In this document: positions 62,360 through 64,000 of the stretch, piece by piece
Layout: each line of letters opens with the position of its first letter
Numbering within the stretch: position 1 is the stretch's first letter
Origin: Malacoraja senta
Lineage: Eukaryota
NCBI GenBank assembly: GCA_038087875.1
Contig: CM075991.1
Span: forward strand, 5,456,001-5,520,000
Reading direction: 5' to 3'
DNA length: 64,000 nucleotides
Translations under genes and position numbers: made by a program
Notes under the pieces: generated by a model
What the model was told of the DNA's origin: nothing
The model's input: only the letters and a program-made list of their open reading frames with translations
Databases searched by the model: none

Positions 62360-62985
62360 TCAATTCCGTGTGAAAAATATACATCTTCTAGATGCGCTGG
62401 GACGCATCCTCAGTGATGTGATCTGGGGTCATCGCGTGTTTCGGGTCTCACAACATCAGACACCCTCGCCCAGGCGACCCAGCCGGGCGGGGTTGATCAG
62501 GACCTTCCAGAGAGTAGAGGCCCAATGCCGTCAAACACTCATCATATGTTAACCCACTCATTCCTGGGATTATTCACGTAAACCTCCTCTGGACCCTCTC
62601 CAGAGCCAGCACATGCCTGCTCAGATATGGGGCCCAAAATTGCTCACAATACTCCAAATACCTCCTGACCAGTGCCTCAAGGGCCTGTCCCACTTGGGCG
62701 TTATTTGCGCGTCATTTACGCGACATCATTTACGCATCACGCGCACATGGCGTGCATTATGCGTGCATGGCGCGTGGTGAGACGTGGTGGCGTAGGCAGT
62801 GACGCGCGGTCGCGAGCGGCGCCCCAGGATATTGGGATTCACAAAATCTTCGCGAGCCACCTGCATGACGCGCAAATGACGGCCAAGTGGGACAGGCCCT
62901 TTATAGAGCCTCAGTATTACAGCCCTGTTTTTTTACTCTAGTCCTCTAGAAATAAATGTTTGCATTGTGTTTGCCTTCCTTACTA
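62360..62985 (-). mobile_element. CR1 fragment hosting a MITE
   Basis: Reverse complement of a LEYCEQFWAPYL...LERVQRRFT..IPGMSGLTY-type sequence. Confidence 0.75.
62680..62900. mobile_element. PIF/Harbinger-type MITE (221 bp)
   Basis: TIRs agggcctgtcccacttgg and ccaagtgggacaggccct; flanks TCA/TTA (3-bp TSD with one mismatch); interior related to 36441-36628 in reverse orientation. Confidence 0.9.
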
Positions 62986-64000
62986 CTTACGACTATTCAG
63001 AGCAAAAGATAATGTCATATTCTGGTTTTACAGTGACCAGATAACAAAGTGGAATTAACTGCAGGAAGCTTTATGGGACAAAAAAGATTGCTGAGAAATC
63101 TTGTGGTTTTTTTAAATTCCACTATAACAACATGACCTAAAAACTAACCTGATATAAACTTTCAAAGCAGAGCTTCACATATAGGTAAAAGTTGTATGAC
63201 ACAAAAGTGACTAGTTATGTTTAGGTATTTATATGAGGTATAGATTCAAACCTAGACACAGCAGCAAGGATTCACATTTAAAAATTAAATGCTTATCTTT
63301 GCAACATTTTGGCTTGAGTTCATTTTTTCTGTGGTCTACAACATTGCAACATAAATATAAAGGTTAAATAAAATCTGAAAATTTGTGGAGGAGTCTTAAA
63401 AGCCTGTGGCATCCTGTTGAACTACTCCAACCTACTTCTGACATTTCCCTGCTTTGCTGACTTCTGCCTTTCATGATCCTAAGAGTTTCTTCTGAGTCAC
63501 CGTTCCAGTGAGTAGATCAGTGAGTAGATATACATATCTGCCAGCATGACTCATACACTAACATACATTACTACTGTCTCCAGTTAGATGCTGTACAGGG
63601 TGGTTGGGGATTTCCAAATCTTTGCACTGTTGAGTTTAACAAGATTATTAAACAAACATGGTTTCCAGATTTTCCTGAGCCAATCTCTAAATATGATGGT
63701 TTCCAATCTTTTCGTGCTATGAAACCTTTTTGAATTAAAACTGGATGAATCTTGCTAATCTTTCAATTTTGGAACAATCAAATGCCCAAGTTATGATGAA
63801 GAGTCTCAGACCAGAAACATTTACTGTGCCTCTTTCCATAGATGCTGTCTAACCTGCTGGTGTTTTCAGCATTTTCTGTTTTATTGTAGATTTCCAACAT
63901 CTGCTGTTTTTGACATTACCAATTTAGTTTTATAGCCACAATTCAATTTCCCCTCCTCGAATCTTCATGCAATTATTGTTTTTTTAAATTTGAGCTATCT

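Overview
Repeat-dense vertebrate genomic DNA. The repeat complement (HE1-type V-SINEs, HER1/CR1, SacSINE1-like DeuSINEs, Penelope terminal repeats) points by inference to a cartilaginous fish, probably a skate or ray. The only host coding sequence I can support is a 92-nt terminal coding exon on the minus strand (48246-48337). It reads (G)[29 protein letters not shown], which I recognise as the PEBP4 C-terminus; it is missing from the ORF track and has a branch point, an AG acceptor and a downstream AATAAA. On that reading 48338-64000 is PEBP4 intron and 1-48000 is 3' flanking DNA. The rest is nested CR1, Rex1/Babar, RTE, Tx1 and Penelope remnants, about 25 SINE copies, Harbinger-type and hAT-type MITEs with target-site duplications (TSDs), mini- and microsatellites, and several repeat-free AT-rich islands that may be conserved enhancers. 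The most notable signal is a set of short Penelope-derived units, several TSD-flanked and often inverted, that carry a minimal hammerhead-ribozyme motif with a covarying stem II. Family names come from recognition, not database search, and the boundaries of old repeats are approximate.
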